A DNA stretch of 64,000 bases from Vicugna vicugna. Its lineage: Eukaryota. Location of the stretch: the NCBI GenBank assembly GCA_013265495.1, contig MU058065.1, positions 2,767,003 through 2,831,002 on the forward strand, in the 5' to 3' direction. The notes under the pieces were generated by a model. The model had not been told where the DNA came from. It saw nothing but the letters and a program-made list of their open reading frames with translations, and searched no databases. Position numbers and translations under genes: made by a program. Positions 10,831 through 23,527 of the stretch are shown here, in pieces. Position 1 is the first letter of the stretch. Each line of letters begins with the position of its first letter.

Positions 10831-13549
10831 GTGAGGTGGGAGCCACAGCCCTGCTTCAGAAATCCAAGAAATGACTTTCAATAAATCCAGTGCTTGTTTA
10901 GGATAACATCAGGCCAATGCAACGGTGTGTAGACAAAAATAAATTTATTTTACTAGTCTTATAAATGCATCCAATAGAGTATAAATCCCATATTAACTTG
11001 ATATACAATCATAATCTATTTATAAATACATGAAAAATCTTCTCATTAAAAGGAAGAAATGTTACATGGTTCTTTTACGTCTTTGATGATTAATTCTATT
11101 CTACTTCTCACTTAGAATTTTCCCCAAATAAGTGTATTTTATGTTTAGAAATATTTTATTGATTATTTTATAAATTTCTTCTATAATAACAATATGTATA
11201 CACGTGGAATTTATTTTTTCCAATGGTTCTTTCTAAGGTTTTATGTATCAAATTTTTTCTTCTGGATTGAATTGTCATTGTGATTGTTAGAAAAATACAA
11301 TTGATCAAAACAACATAATCACATTATAAAATTTGATATTTTTAAACACAAATTTTTACTCTAAATGCATTTACACTAACAATATAAATGTAAGGCCTTT
11401 TTATAATTAATTCATGTATCTGTGGATAAGTATTGCTTCATTATAGAATGAACTGTAGAACAGCATAAGTATTATTTCTTTCTTTCATTTTTAGGAATGC
11501 AAGCAGTGAGAATTATTGTTCTCAAAAATATGTAGCTGAGAATGAATGTTTCATTAGAACAATTTCATCCAACTCTTTGAAACTCATCCTAGGTCTGTGC
11601 TAAAACCACACAGTGATATCTCATCAAAAAGTACTTTTGTGTTCTATTAATTGGCAACTCAGATCCTTTTCTTCAAGTTTGTCAAAATAGTTTAAAAGTT
11701 GGGAACAAGCTTACTTACAAAATTATTTGTTATTCATCTTTGGAGTTATTTTCCAGCTTGCCACAGAAGCTTTATTAAAATTTGTAAAATGATTATTAAA
11801 TATACTCATAGTAATATCCAAATATTAGCTTAGAGTAAGATATTTAATCAACCAATCAAATTGGACCAGACGCAGACCTCAGTGCTAGAGCAGAGTCCTA
11901 CAGACCCCTCCCTTGCTGTGCAAGGTATTAACCTTACAGCTGCTGGACCATGAAGGTAGTCTTACAGGTTCCTGGTCCCAGGGGAAGTTCTGGGGCTGAG
12001 TCAGGTCCACTCTAGGACTCAGGGAGAGAAGTGTTCACCAATCAATATGAAAGTGTGTCAATATTTCAGCAAAAGAATGACTTCTTGTTATGCTTTCCTT
12101 CAGGAACAAACTATATTATAATGTACACAGAAAAGGTGAAGAAATTGAAATGTTTTATTTCACCTTTGTCAGTACAGTATTTTTGGTAAAACATTTTTAT
12201 CTTACTCTGTGTTTTAAATATATTTTTACCATAACTTTGGAGCTTCTGATTTAGTTTATAAAATTTATAACATCCATCATCTAATCTAATGAAAGGCAAG
12301 TCCTAACTATCAGCAAAACCAGACTAGTTTTTTAGCAGGAAAAGTCTAATCTCCTCAAGTTAAATGACTGCACTAAGATGCCTTCCCATGACAACCATCT
12401 CATTTCTTAACACTAATTTTAACACTATGGATAAAATGTGGCACACGGACTTGACGAAATAAGGCACAGTGCCCTTTAGTGCTTTTCACCAGTCATCTTT
12501 GTCTTTGCTTCATTCTAAAAAGAGCCTCTTCTCAGGGGGACACACTCTGTAGCAACTGCCAGGGGCTGGGAGAGAAGTTGTTAGAGGAAAATAGTTGGAA
12601 CTCCTGTCTTCTCTTTCTTAAGTGTATGTGAATTCTGAACATGTCAACATGAATCAAGATAATTCCATATCTAACTCCATGCTTTGCACTTAAAAGAACC
12701 ACATATTAGACAGGGGGGAACACAGAGTTAGAATCAGTATTTCAAATGGTCTGTTTTTGGTCTAGAAGTCTGTACATCCGAAAGAACAATGAAATTGTGG
12801 GAAACGCGCTGGAGGAATGGGAGGAACACCCCTCTTTTGCCAAGTGGGTGAAAGGAGATTGTGAGAAGGGAAGGGGAGAAAGGAGAAACCACCTGATGTT
12901 TTGACCACCATAAGCTTGTTCCCAAGCAGATCTATTTTAAAATATAAGTTAAGGATCTGGATAAATTCCTTCTTCATGTTCAGGTAACTCTTATGAAGTT
13001 TTAGTGTACTTCTTGAGGTACGTGGGCCCCTGTGTGAAGGCTACTAGACTAGATGGGTCTGTAGAGTTTTTCCCTTTGGGTTCTTATTTTAGACTAGATC
13101 TTAATCTTTTTGTCTGATGTTATCATAGCTAAAAATAAAATCAGAGCAAAAAATTCCATCAAGGGCTATGCTGGCCAAAATAAGCTATCCTGCACATATA
13201 GACTGACATTATTGGACTGCTGCTGTGAGTTGTTCTCAGTGGTGGAGACAAGTTTTCCCTGGGCCATTCCCACTCTTTCTCATGACTTCCCCCAGGCAAC
13301 ACCTGTTGGTAAAGGGAGCTGTAGCCTCTGGAATACAGCAGAACAAAGCTCTGTGGCAACTGTAGTAATAAGATGGGCTTTCTTGTATTCTAGATCAGAC
13401 ACAAAAGTATGTAGAGGATGCTATGAGGCTATGAGGTTGTGCACTCAGCCCAGGAGGAGACGACAGAGAAGGAGACTCTGCTGTCTTGAAGGATGAGTAA
13501 ATGAGTTAGCCAGGGAACAGAGATGGTGGTGGCTAAAGATATGCGTGCT

Positions 13550-13559
13550 TGTGTGTGTG

Positions 13560-13594
<35 letters not shown>

Positions 13595-13602
13595 ATGTGT
13601 GT
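13550..13602. repeat. Imperfect (TG)n microsatellite
   Basis: ~26 TG units with two interruptions; accounts for the HT/CV-repeat ORFs at 13.4-13.8 kb. Confidence 0.95.
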
Positions 13603-14307
13603 TTGAGAGTAGGCAATAGTATACACCAGTATGCAATCAATCCATACGATGTGCCAGGTAAAGCCAGGCCTGATTTTATTCCTAGTCTCACAAGTTCAGT
13701 AAACCTTGATGGAGTCACTAAGGTCCTGGGTCAAAAATCTGAGCTTTGCTTCCTCAAAATCATTTCATTTCATGGAATCTAAGAAGCAACTGATTCTAGA
13801 CATGTTAAAACATAAAGGAAACAAACAAAAAAGAAACTATGTATGTTTTGGCAGTGCACTTGGAGATAGTTCACTAAGCTCTGGGTGTCTGATTTGTAAC
13901 AATCCATCTCATGAGACTGAGAAATAAATCAGACGGGAGATATGGACACTTTTCTAGGAATGGCATGTTTGTGTTCACGCCCCAGGAGGATCCTTTTTCT
14001 TAACTTTCTTGGTAACTAAATGCCTGGGAAATTCTATCAGGCATCAGAAGATTGCTAAGTGATTGAAAATCAGAGCAAAGAGATATGGCTGATCTTGACC
14101 ATGGTTGGTGTGCTCAACAATGGATAATAAAGACTCGGTGGATTGGTTTTACTTCACACCTGGAGTCCTCATTCCAGCAGCTAGAATGTCTAAGTATAGC
14201 TTAACCATGGCTTTAGACATGTGTATGTCCTTGGAAAATGCGTGTGCACTTTTGGATAGGCATATCCTTAATTTTCATAAATTGCCCTATTAAGATTTTT
14301 CAAAGGC

Positions 14308-14948
14308 TTGCTAGATGGCAGTGTAAAAATGGTGCAGTCACTATGGAGATCGGTTTGGCAGTTCCGCAATAAGTTAAACAAAGAATCACCACATGACCCA
14401 GAAATTCCACTCCTGGATGTATATCCAAAAGAATTGAAAATAGATGTTCAAACAAAACGTGTGCACAAGTATATATAGCAGCATTACTCACAATACCCAA
14501 AGGTGGAAACAATCCGAATGTCCATCGAGTGACTAGTGGATAAACAACATGCGTTGTACCCATACCATGGAATATTATTCAGCCATAGAGAGGAATGGAG
14601 TGTTAATATATGCTACAAAATAGATAAACCTTGACAACATCACGCTAACTGAAAGAAGCGAGACACAAAAGGTCACATATTGTATGATTCCACTTATTTG
14701 AAAAGCCAGACAAGTCCAAAGAGACATAAAGCAGATTGGAGGTCACCAGAGGCCTCAGGGAGAGAGGTATGGGAAGTGACTGTGGAACGGGCACGGACTT
14801 CCTTTGGACTGATGAAATGTTCTGAAACTCAAACGTGGTGACGGTTGCTCAACATGATGAATGTACTAAATGTCACTGAATTTTACACTTTAAGTGGTTT
14901 AAATGGTAAATTTTATATTATGTGGATTTTACCACAACTTTTAAAAAA
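14308..14948 (+). mobile_element. L1MB-type 3' end (ORF2 C-terminus + 3'UTR)
   Basis: catgacccagaaattccactcctgg, aaaggtggaaacaatccgaatgtccatc and the L1MB-type terminus ggtaaattttatattatgtggattttaccacaa. Confidence 0.9.
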
Positions 14949-15316
14949 TCACACATGAAAAAAACTTGTTAGATATCTCAAGCCTCCTTTCTCCCACTCA
15001 GAAACAAATTATCCAACTCTTTACTTGATGATACTTTTAAAATGGCGTTTGTGTTTAAGAGCAACATTACTTCTTATTTAACAAGGGAAAAAAAAACAAA
15101 AAAAGACTTGAATTACCCAAATTTAAGCTCTTTTATAGGGAATAACAGGATATAATAAGAAGATGGGTAGATATGCAAATGCCTATTACCAGGGTAAATC
15201 AATCTTTCTCCTTCTCAAGGGGATGAGAACTTCAGCAAAACTCTTCTGTTAAAAGCAGGATATGTTCCCTCTTCTAAACTTGCTCATCCATGTAGCTTTT
15301 ATTACATCGGTTTCAA

Positions 15317-15383
15317 ATGTAATTCTTTTTTTTTTTTTGAAGTTTCATTTAGATAATTAATTATTTTAATTTATGTAATTCTT
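15317..15383 (-). mobile_element. 45-bp polyadenylated retroposed micro-insertion with 11-bp TSD
   Basis: atgtaattctt at 15317-15327 and 15373-15383 flanks a poly(T) run plus 34 bp of AT-rich sequence. Confidence 0.7.
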
Positions 15384-15422
15384 CAAGTTCTTCAATGTAT
15401 GTGTTTAATGCTTGGCTTTTAG

Positions 15423-15545
15423 GCAGAGCAGGATCTATCAAAGGAAAAGCAAATCAAGACCAGCACTTCTCTGTTGCTGTGTAGAGCCTCTTGGCTGTGT
15501 CCCGTCCAACTTGACAGTATTTGGGGATGGTTTGTGGAGCAGGTG
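15423..15545 (+). other. Candidate cassette exon (123 bp), unverified
   Basis: Acceptor tgcttggcttttag|G and donor GTG|gtaagt; length is a multiple of 3 and two frames are open; no recognisable protein. Confidence 0.25.
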
Positions 15546-16059
15546 GTAAGTGTGCGTACATTATGTCAACGGTGGTCCAGGGTTCCAACAAGAGACAGAG
15601 AGAAAGTGTGCTGCTTATGACATGGCAGTTTTAAAAGCACAAAAGTCTGCAGAGGACTGAAAACAATACTCTTCCTTAGGCAATTCAGACCGTTGAAAAG
15701 AAAGTAAACTTCTGTTCCAAATTATTAATTAAGGGTGATTAAAAAAATACCCATGAAACAAAATATACGCCTGAAGTTTTCAAATAAAAGCAAAACAAAG
15801 CAAAAGATTTGTTGGCCTATCACAAGCTCTTGCTCCTCATTTAATTTCCAATAATGTACAAAACTGGAACCGCTCCAAGTGAAAAACACATTTCTCTTTA
15901 CTTAGAAGAATCAAATGTTGTCTGCATTTCTATGAAAATGATAGTTCAGATGTCATCTCCTTCTATTTTACCTGAATTTCTTGAATGAGTTACTTAAACT
16001 TGTTATTCCTGGTCATAATACGGCCAGCTCACTGAGTTATTGTAGCATAAAATTAAATA

Positions 16060-16285
16060 ACAATACTAATTACTGACGTGTGTTGAATGCTCACTGGGGG
16101 TCAGGCAGAGTCCTGAGCACTCCACGTGTATTTTTCTTCATATCAACCCACTAGGTGGAGCCTTTTCATATCCCTTTTTGAGGATAAATAATTTACCCAA
16201 AGCTACACAGTTAGCAAGTGGTTGGACTAGACCTTGAAGGAGTCTGGCTTCGGAATTCATGCTCTTGACAACTCTGCTGTATCGC
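16060..16285 (-). mobile_element. MIR SINE
   Basis: aataatttacccaaagctacacagttagcaagtgg...gtctggcttcggaattcatgctcttgacaact. Confidence 0.8.
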
Positions 16286-16680
16286 ATGATGCCTTGCAGA
16301 CAGGTGGCACTTGGGGCCGTTGGCTCCCCTCCTCCTTAGTTGTAGAACCATGGCAGCAGCTTTGTGGATGCCAGCCCTCCAAGTGGTGATGACAGCATCT
16401 TGAGGGAGAAATGCCACCTCACCTCTGACTTTCATGGATCTGTACCCTGTTCTGAAGGAAGATTTTCCTAAGCTATTCTCCAGCTGGACAAGGGCTAGTT
16501 AGATAGGAAAGGAGAGCTGGCCAGAACAGCAGTGACAGGAAGAGGATGCTGTTTCCTGAGGCTGCCCATGCCACTGTGTAACAGAGCTACAGGAATGCTA
16601 TGGGACAGAGCAGGTTGTCAGGCCACCTGAAGCCGTGGGAAGCTGGGAAGCAATGGGAGGAGAAAAAACAGCACCTTTCC

Positions 16681-16860
16681 CAGCCATACTGAAGGTGAGG
16701 CAAAATTTTAAAAATATCACTAGCACTGAACTCTCTTTATTTAAAATTGTGATATTTTTTGACTTTTAGAAATATTGCATCAAAATTTTAGTTGTCTTGA
16801 TCACTGAGGTTTTTGGTGCAATGTGCGTGCCTCACTGGCTTCACACTAGTCCTAGCCCTG
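16681..16860 (-). mobile_element. hAT MITE (MER96B-like)
   Basis: Ends in gcctcactggcttcacactagtcctagccctg (hAT-Tip100-type TIR); internal aaatattgcatcaaaatttt...tcttgatcactgagg. Confidence 0.65.
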
Positions 16861-18926
16861 ACCCTGCTCTGGTTGCCAGAAGGCCTGGGGTTCCTGCTTG
16901 CTGATCCTTCAACAGAGTTATATGACCTTGAGCATACAAGTACTTGACTTGTGTTCTCATCTATGGAATGGACATAAAACCCCTCCACTGCAGAGGTCTT
17001 TAGTGACAGTCAGAGGAGCTAATGTGGCAGAAGTGGGAGAGAAGGAAGTAATGCAGAAATCCATTAGATGTTTGCATCACCCTTATGCCTCTCATAAATT
17101 CCTTGCACATCTGCAGTAAAAATTAGTTGTGCCCCAGTTGGACCACTAGTGACAGAGAGGGAGAGTGAAATAAATGCTCTGGTGGATAGAGACAAGCCCT
17201 TCAGGTGAGGAGGGTCTAGAAGGAAAACCTAGTGTCCCTTCCATCTGCTCTGGTGGCAGTAGAGACCCTGGGGCAGGGGCTTCTGCTCCAGGAGTTACAG
17301 ATTCCCCCTCTCACTTTCTTACAGTTCTAGTACATTCCCCAGGCACATCTCTATGGTCCCTGATCCCCAGACTTTAAAGGAGTAAGGCTATACCAAGTGA
17401 AAATATTGACAAAGATCTAAGTCCAGACCCTCCCACCAGCATTATGTTGCTGCATTTATGTCTGAAATGGTCATTCACCAGATGTTTCTTCTTACCCATT
17501 TCAACCCAACTTCACAGGAGTTAGGGCAGGGTAACCTAAATCTCCCTTTACTATAGAGACTTAATGTGTGGTCTCACATTTACTTCCCTGGCAAACAACA
17601 GGAAAGGAGTTTGTGAATGAAGGTGAAAACAATTTAAACAAGGTAAAAAAGGTTCTTAAGGGACAAAACAGCATCTACCATTATCATATTGTTTCTAGAT
17701 TACTCTGAGATGACTCGTGCAAAAAGCACAATGTTAAAAAATCAGATAACACTGCATCTGTATTTTGGTGTATTTGTCCTATATTTTTAATTTTTAAATA
17801 AATGTCCCCAATGTTTGAGTAATCTAGTCCCCTTCTCTATAGCTATGATGCTGAAATGGGTTCTGGAGGAAGAGTCAATGAGTTTCAGATTGATGGAGAA
17901 ATTTCATGCACGAGAGTCAAGGGTCTCAGAATAAACCAGCAACTTGCCATGTGGCTGAAGGAAGTGTCTAACAAGCAGGTCTTCACTTGTATGCTTGCTC
18001 CTGCTGCTTCATTTACAGCCAGTGGAACTACTTAATTGGGTGTTATAAATTATTGAGCATGTGTCCTCAGATCTTCACATGGGGCATGGGCACTTTTCCA
18101 CTTCCCTAGTTAGTCCCTTAACCACTTTATTGTGTCAAATCTTTTAACTATTCATGACTGAGCCAAGTTGGAAAGAAATCCTAAGTTAGAATTCCAACCC
18201 AGCTTTCCATATGCTATATTCCTTTGTTTCAAAGAATATTTCAGAGACTAGTAAATGCTATAGCTGGTGTCTCTCCATTTCAGCTGCATCCCACAGACCT
18301 GACTTTGAGTCTATGCTCCTGTTAGGAATGATGCATTTTGTTTTTAAGGTGCTGTTCTTATCTTTCAGACAGTCAGTATACACATTGTTAGAAAAAAAAT
18401 GACTCATACCTCTCTCTATCCCCAGGACGTCCTTCAGAATTAGTCTTCACTAATATCATAGTTAATCACAGCAGAACAGGAGGAGTAATGAACTGATTCA
18501 TGGCAAGAGAAATAAGTACATCAGATAAACAAGCAAGCAGCTCTGCCCACAGCCAAGTCGATGGAGTTTGCAGGATCCTCCTGGCCACACCCTTTTTCCT
18601 GAAATACGCATATCCAAGGGCAGAGAGTGAGGCAGCAGTGTGCTGCTGAGAACCTACTGCACCTGGTTCCAAGTTCCTCAGTGAAGAGTGTTTTCAGCAT
18701 AGGAGAAAAGGATTAAGCTATGGAGCATCTTCTAGGATTTCCAAGGTGTCTAAATGAGAACTGCATTTGTAGCTTAGCTACAGCCAACTATAGTGTTATC
18801 CAAACCTCTTCAACTCTAGACCTCTCACTGTCATTATGAACTCTCTGTCAAATGAACAAAGAATAAGTAAATACATCTGCTTAGTCTTCATTGAATCATT
18901 CCTCAAATACATACTGGGTGTCTATT

Positions 18927-19459
18927 TGTTTTAGTAATCTATTGCTACATAACAAATAATCTATACTTTGGTGCCTTAAAGCAATACACATTGATTATCT
19001 TATACTTTCTGTGAATCAGGAATCTGGGCACAGCTTACCTGGGTCCTCTGCTTCAGGACCTCTCATAGGCTGTATAGAAGGAGTTATAGGGCTGTAGTCA
19101 TCTCAAGGCTTGACAGAGGAAGGGTGCACTTCCAAGTTCATGTGGTGATTGGCATCCCCAAGTTCCTTGTAGGCTATTGTCCAGAAATTACCCTCAGTTC
19201 CTTGCTCCATGGGCTTCTCCAATATGGCAGCCTACTTCATTGAAGATATAAGTCAAAAGAACAGGAGAGTCTGCTAGCAAGACAAGGGTCAAAATCTTTT
19301 GTATCTTAACCATAAACATGGCATCCCATTATTATATCCAAATACTATTAGAAGCAAATCACTGGGTCCCTCCCATATTCAAGGGTAGGAGATTACACAA
19401 GGGGGTGAATACTAAGACAAGGGTGTCACTGAGAGCCATGCCAGAAGTCACCAGTCACA
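18927..19459 (-). mobile_element. MaLR solo LTR (MLT1F-like) inserted in an antisense L2 tip
   Basis: Begins tgttttagtaatctattgctacataacaaat, contains ctgtgaatcaggaatctgggcacagctta and ggagattacacaaggg; L2 terminus sequence on both sides. Confidence 0.85.
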
Positions 19460-20050
19460 TTTCTCTTTGGCAGGCTCTGTGCTTTGTGATGAAGATATGG
19501 TGATGAACCAGATAAGATTGCTTCCCTCCTGAAATTCACTGTCACTTTGAGATACTGAGCTGTGAAACTCCAAGAGACTTCTATAAGAGGGACAGAGCAA
19601 GGCAGTAGAGAGATTCAGCCATGTTTCAGTAGAGATCCTGGGCAGGTGAATAAAAGAGTAGTAGTAGGTCTCCAAAAATTCCTTTAGAACTCATGAGGGC
19701 AATTTCCAGTATATGGAGTATAAGGCAGCTAATAGGAAGTAGAGAGCAAAAAATAACTTCTCTAATAAAACTGCTGCTTCAAGTCTCTTTACAGGTGGAG
19801 AATGCTTTTCATTTCTTAATTACCAATGTTTTCTAATGCAAATGTTTCCAGAACAGGTCATAGCTCGTCAAACAGCCAAACTAAGGTACAGGCACCTGTA
19901 TATCAGATTCCTCATGAAAACAGATTTGGTAGGGGAGGCTCCGGCCGTGGTGGAGGAAAGCAAGAACAAGGAGAACCTGGGTGGACTGCTATTTCCTCAT
20001 TGTTTCAGAGAGCAGCCCCTGCTTACAAAATAGAGATAGTAATAGTACTT

Positions 20051-20618
20051 TGTGTGACTGGCAGAAAATGACCGCCAACCCCTGCAAAGATGCAAACATC
20101 CTAATCCTCAGACTTTGTGACTATGTTACTTTACATGGCAAAAGGGACTTCTCAGATGTGATTATGAACCTTGAAATGGGAAGATTATCCTGGATTATCC
20201 ATGTGTGTAAAGTGTAATCATTCAAATCCTTAAAAGTAGAAGAGGAAGGTAGAGGAGCAGGACAGAGAGCTGTAAGGAGAGAAGAGACAGGAGAGATTCA
20301 AAGCATGAAGATGGAGGAAGATCGCAAGTACCAAGGAATGTTAGGAGATGGAAACTGTCCTAAGCCAATAACCAGCTTGGACACGGAAACACTAGTCCTA
20401 CAACTGAACACACTCAATTCCGCCAAAACTCAAACGAACAAGGAAACAGACTCTCCCCTAGAGCCCCTAGAAAGGAATGCATCCCTGTAAACACCGTGAT
20501 TTTAGCCCTGTGTGATCCGACTCGGACTTCTGACCTACAGAACTGTAAGATAATAAATCTGTGTTGTTTTAAGCTAAGTTTGTGGTAATTCGTCATGGTG
20601 GCAATAGAAAACTAATAT
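20051..20618 (+). mobile_element. MaLR solo LTR (MLT1D/E-like) inserted in a MIR (~20025-20730)
   Basis: tgtgactatgttactttacatggcaaaagggactt...gacttctgacctacagaactgtaagataataaat...gcaatagaaaactaata; MIR core resumes at ctcataggattgtt. Confidence 0.9.
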
Positions 20619-23394
20619 CCTTACTCATAGGATTGTTACAAGGATTCAAGTCATTGATATATGTTGCAAGTGCTGGAAATGCTTCTGGCACACAGTAAGC
20701 AAGCACTGTGCACATGTTTCCTATTATTGTGACCCCGCCAACCTGGGAGTTCTTCACTGATAGCTGGAAAAACAGGGCCTAGCTGGAAAAAAAAAAAAGG
20801 CTTGAGAAATGTCTCCACATACTGTTTATTTCCAAATAAATCTCCTTTAAAGATCATATACGTCATGTAACAAGCTGCAGGTTCCTGATGCCAGAGCCCC
20901 AAAGGAAGGTGACCAATGAACAGTATTTTTAATACTACCCAGTAAACTGAATAAAAGGCTCACTGACCTTTTAAGATCTAACATTCTATTTTTTTTTCAT
21001 TCTGGTAAAGTCGTTTTCCCTGGATTTAGAGTAATACATTTAGCATTGAAATAAGTCTTAGACCGTAGGTCAAACTTAAAAAAAGATCTACGTCATGATA
21101 TGTGTTCATCTTCTTGTTGCCAGGATATCTTTTTTCTCCCTCTTTTTCTGTTTATTAACCACCATCTATCAGCGCTGTACGCCCAGCACTTGCTCTGCCA
21201 ACACCAACCAAAGAGTTGCTTATACACTGCAGTAAAATCACTGTAAGAAATATCAGGGTATTTTTTTTACCCAAATTATCTTTCTAGCCAGCTTCCATAC
21301 TTATTAAAAAAAAAAAAGCCAAAAGAAAAAAAAAAACCTTTGGATCAAGAAACTTGCAGGTAGTAAGGGAAACCAAGCTCTTTAGTGTCAGTCGTATCAT
21401 CAGGGAGTGTGTGAACTAGTGGAGAGATTAAAATGCAACTGGCAATATAAGGCAATGCATCATGAGATGCTGGTCTCAAGGTGTGGGATATGTACTCTGT
21501 GGCATGCAGGGTGATCTCAGGCTGCGCAAGAACAGAGCCCTTAATCATGTTGCATCAGAAATCCACTCTGCTTCCCATCCTCCTGACTACTTTCAGGGGA
21601 AAGCCTCAGTTTTATGCTAGGGTGCCGTCCGCATTCTTCTCACACTGGGTTTGCCTCCGTCAGCACCCTCCAAAGAAGAAGCCTCAGGCTGAGAGATCCA
21701 GGCTGGCCCAGCGTAGCTAGAATTTAATTACATTGTTTGGTTCTTGTTCCATTTATTTCCATGGATACCTTCTGTTTATGGCAAGAGAAATGCTTTTCTA
21801 TTTTCGGTAGTGGTATAATGTTTTCTTTTAAGATTACTTTGCTTAAATTTTTAAAAAGTAAGTCCAATTTAAATTTTTTAAAAAGTGAATAGGACCCCAG
21901 ATGGTTCAACGATATGGCAACAATTACAAACGTGTTATAAGAATAACTAAAGTTTAGGATAATAAAATAGAGGGTGTGGTAGAGGCATAAGCACCAATTT
22001 CAGAGGAAGGAATCACTATTGTCCACTGGGTTGGTCAGGTTCTGAGAGGCTGTGATGGAGGAAGTGTAATTTGGTGCTGGGACTTTGGTGAATTAGGGTT
22101 TGCCATGGCTGAGGATATGGTGTCTAGATACAGGAATGAGAAGCTTGAATCAAAGCAGAAATGGCCTCAGAAGGAAGGGAGCAGAGCACCTCCACTAAAG
22201 TAAAGCTATGTGGGGGGAAGTAGTGACAGATGAACCTTAATAAGGTTGTAGAAAACCTTGCATTACAAGATCTCCCCTCTTGTGTCAAGTCTAAACATTG
22301 AGTCTCCTTCTTCTCTCCAGGAGCTGACCCACGACCAGCTCCCAGGTGCCCCATGATAACAATATAAGGAGGTCCTTGTTACACTTTGGAGTCCTGTGTC
22401 ACTATGCTGCTGTGGTTGTGGAAGTTCAAATACCTCCCACCTCCTGCTGCACAGCCCATCAACAAAGGCTACATAGCCCTCCGATGTGTTAACACCGAAA
22501 TTCACTCTATTTACGTGCCATTTTGGCCACTTGCAATGTGGAGCTGACAGGAACTGCCTTCATCTCCAAGAGCCTGCAACTCTAGGAGGTGCCATCCACT
22601 GAGTTCAACATGAATAATCATGGTTTGTTTAAAATTTTATGAGTTAAAGAAAGTCCTCTTCTCTATCTAGGAATCTCCAAATAACCACTCTGAAGTTAAT
22701 TGTGTGTGCGCCTCTGCCTGTACTGAATAGCAGTGGTAGGGCTGAAGTTCATGGGGCAGAGGCAAGGAGGCAGGTGACAGTTTTAGGATTTTAAGTTTCA
22801 TAGATTTTTAAATTCCTATGTTTAAAGAATATATACTTACTTAAAGTATAAAAAATGCAAGTGTTAGACCTCAGGGTTGATATTTTTTAGCCTATAACAT
22901 TATGATTGGTACCTCTTCTCTCCATCGGCAAAGTGACCTGCAGTCTTTCTGATGGCCACAGACATGGATATTCTGTTTCCTAGTGCTAAGAGGGGGCGGT
23001 CACCAGAATTTCAGCTGGAGAAAATGGGGGCTCAGCTGGTTTAGTGTCTCAGGAAAGTAGAACCTTGCTGATTGTGTTGATTGGAAGGGCAAAAGGAGGC
23101 CTTTGGAGCCAGAGAAGTACTCCTTGTCATCTGCTGCTGTACCTACCTGACATCATCACCTATCATTAGTGGCTGAAAGTCTTTGGATTCAGACATTATA
23201 TCTCTGCTGTTTGTATCCTTGGAAAAGTATCATCAGGAGCCACTGACATCTTAGCATGAATCAGAAACCCCTTAGAGTCATAATGGGGCAAAAGATACAG
23301 ATACAATTTGATAGGAAAAAGGCTTAGGATAGAATCAGTACGTGAGAAGAGCAGAGTTTAATGGGCTTACTTTGAATGCCTTGCGAAGGAGAGG

Positions 23395-23527
23395 CAGGGG
23401 TGATGCACAAAATATTTTACAATAGTGGAGTATGGGCACTAAAAGGATGCTAACCCATCAGAATAAGCACCGGCTCCTGACAACTGGTAGGGCTACAATG
23501 CTACATCCTTACTGAGCGTCAGCACCA
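23395..23527. mobile_element. Short hAT-type MITE, degenerate
   Basis: Begins caggggtgatgcacaaaatatttt, ends tgagcgtcagcacc; imperfect TIRs (9/15); family uncertain. Confidence 0.4.

Noticed and set aside
11495..11603. Strong acceptor (ttctttctttcatttttag) followed by ~35 open codons
   Set aside because: No good donor before the stop and the peptide is unrecognisable; consistent with chance.
12133..12167. aaaggtgaa...ttcaccttt hairpin as a pre-miRNA
   Set aside because: Stem is short and AT-rich, with no match to a mature miRNA I know.
14302..14974. Degenerate TSD around the L1MB (aaaggcttgctagat / aaaaacttgttagat)
   Set aside because: The left copy overlaps sequence explicable as L1 itself; a 12/15 match in AT-rich DNA is not decisive.
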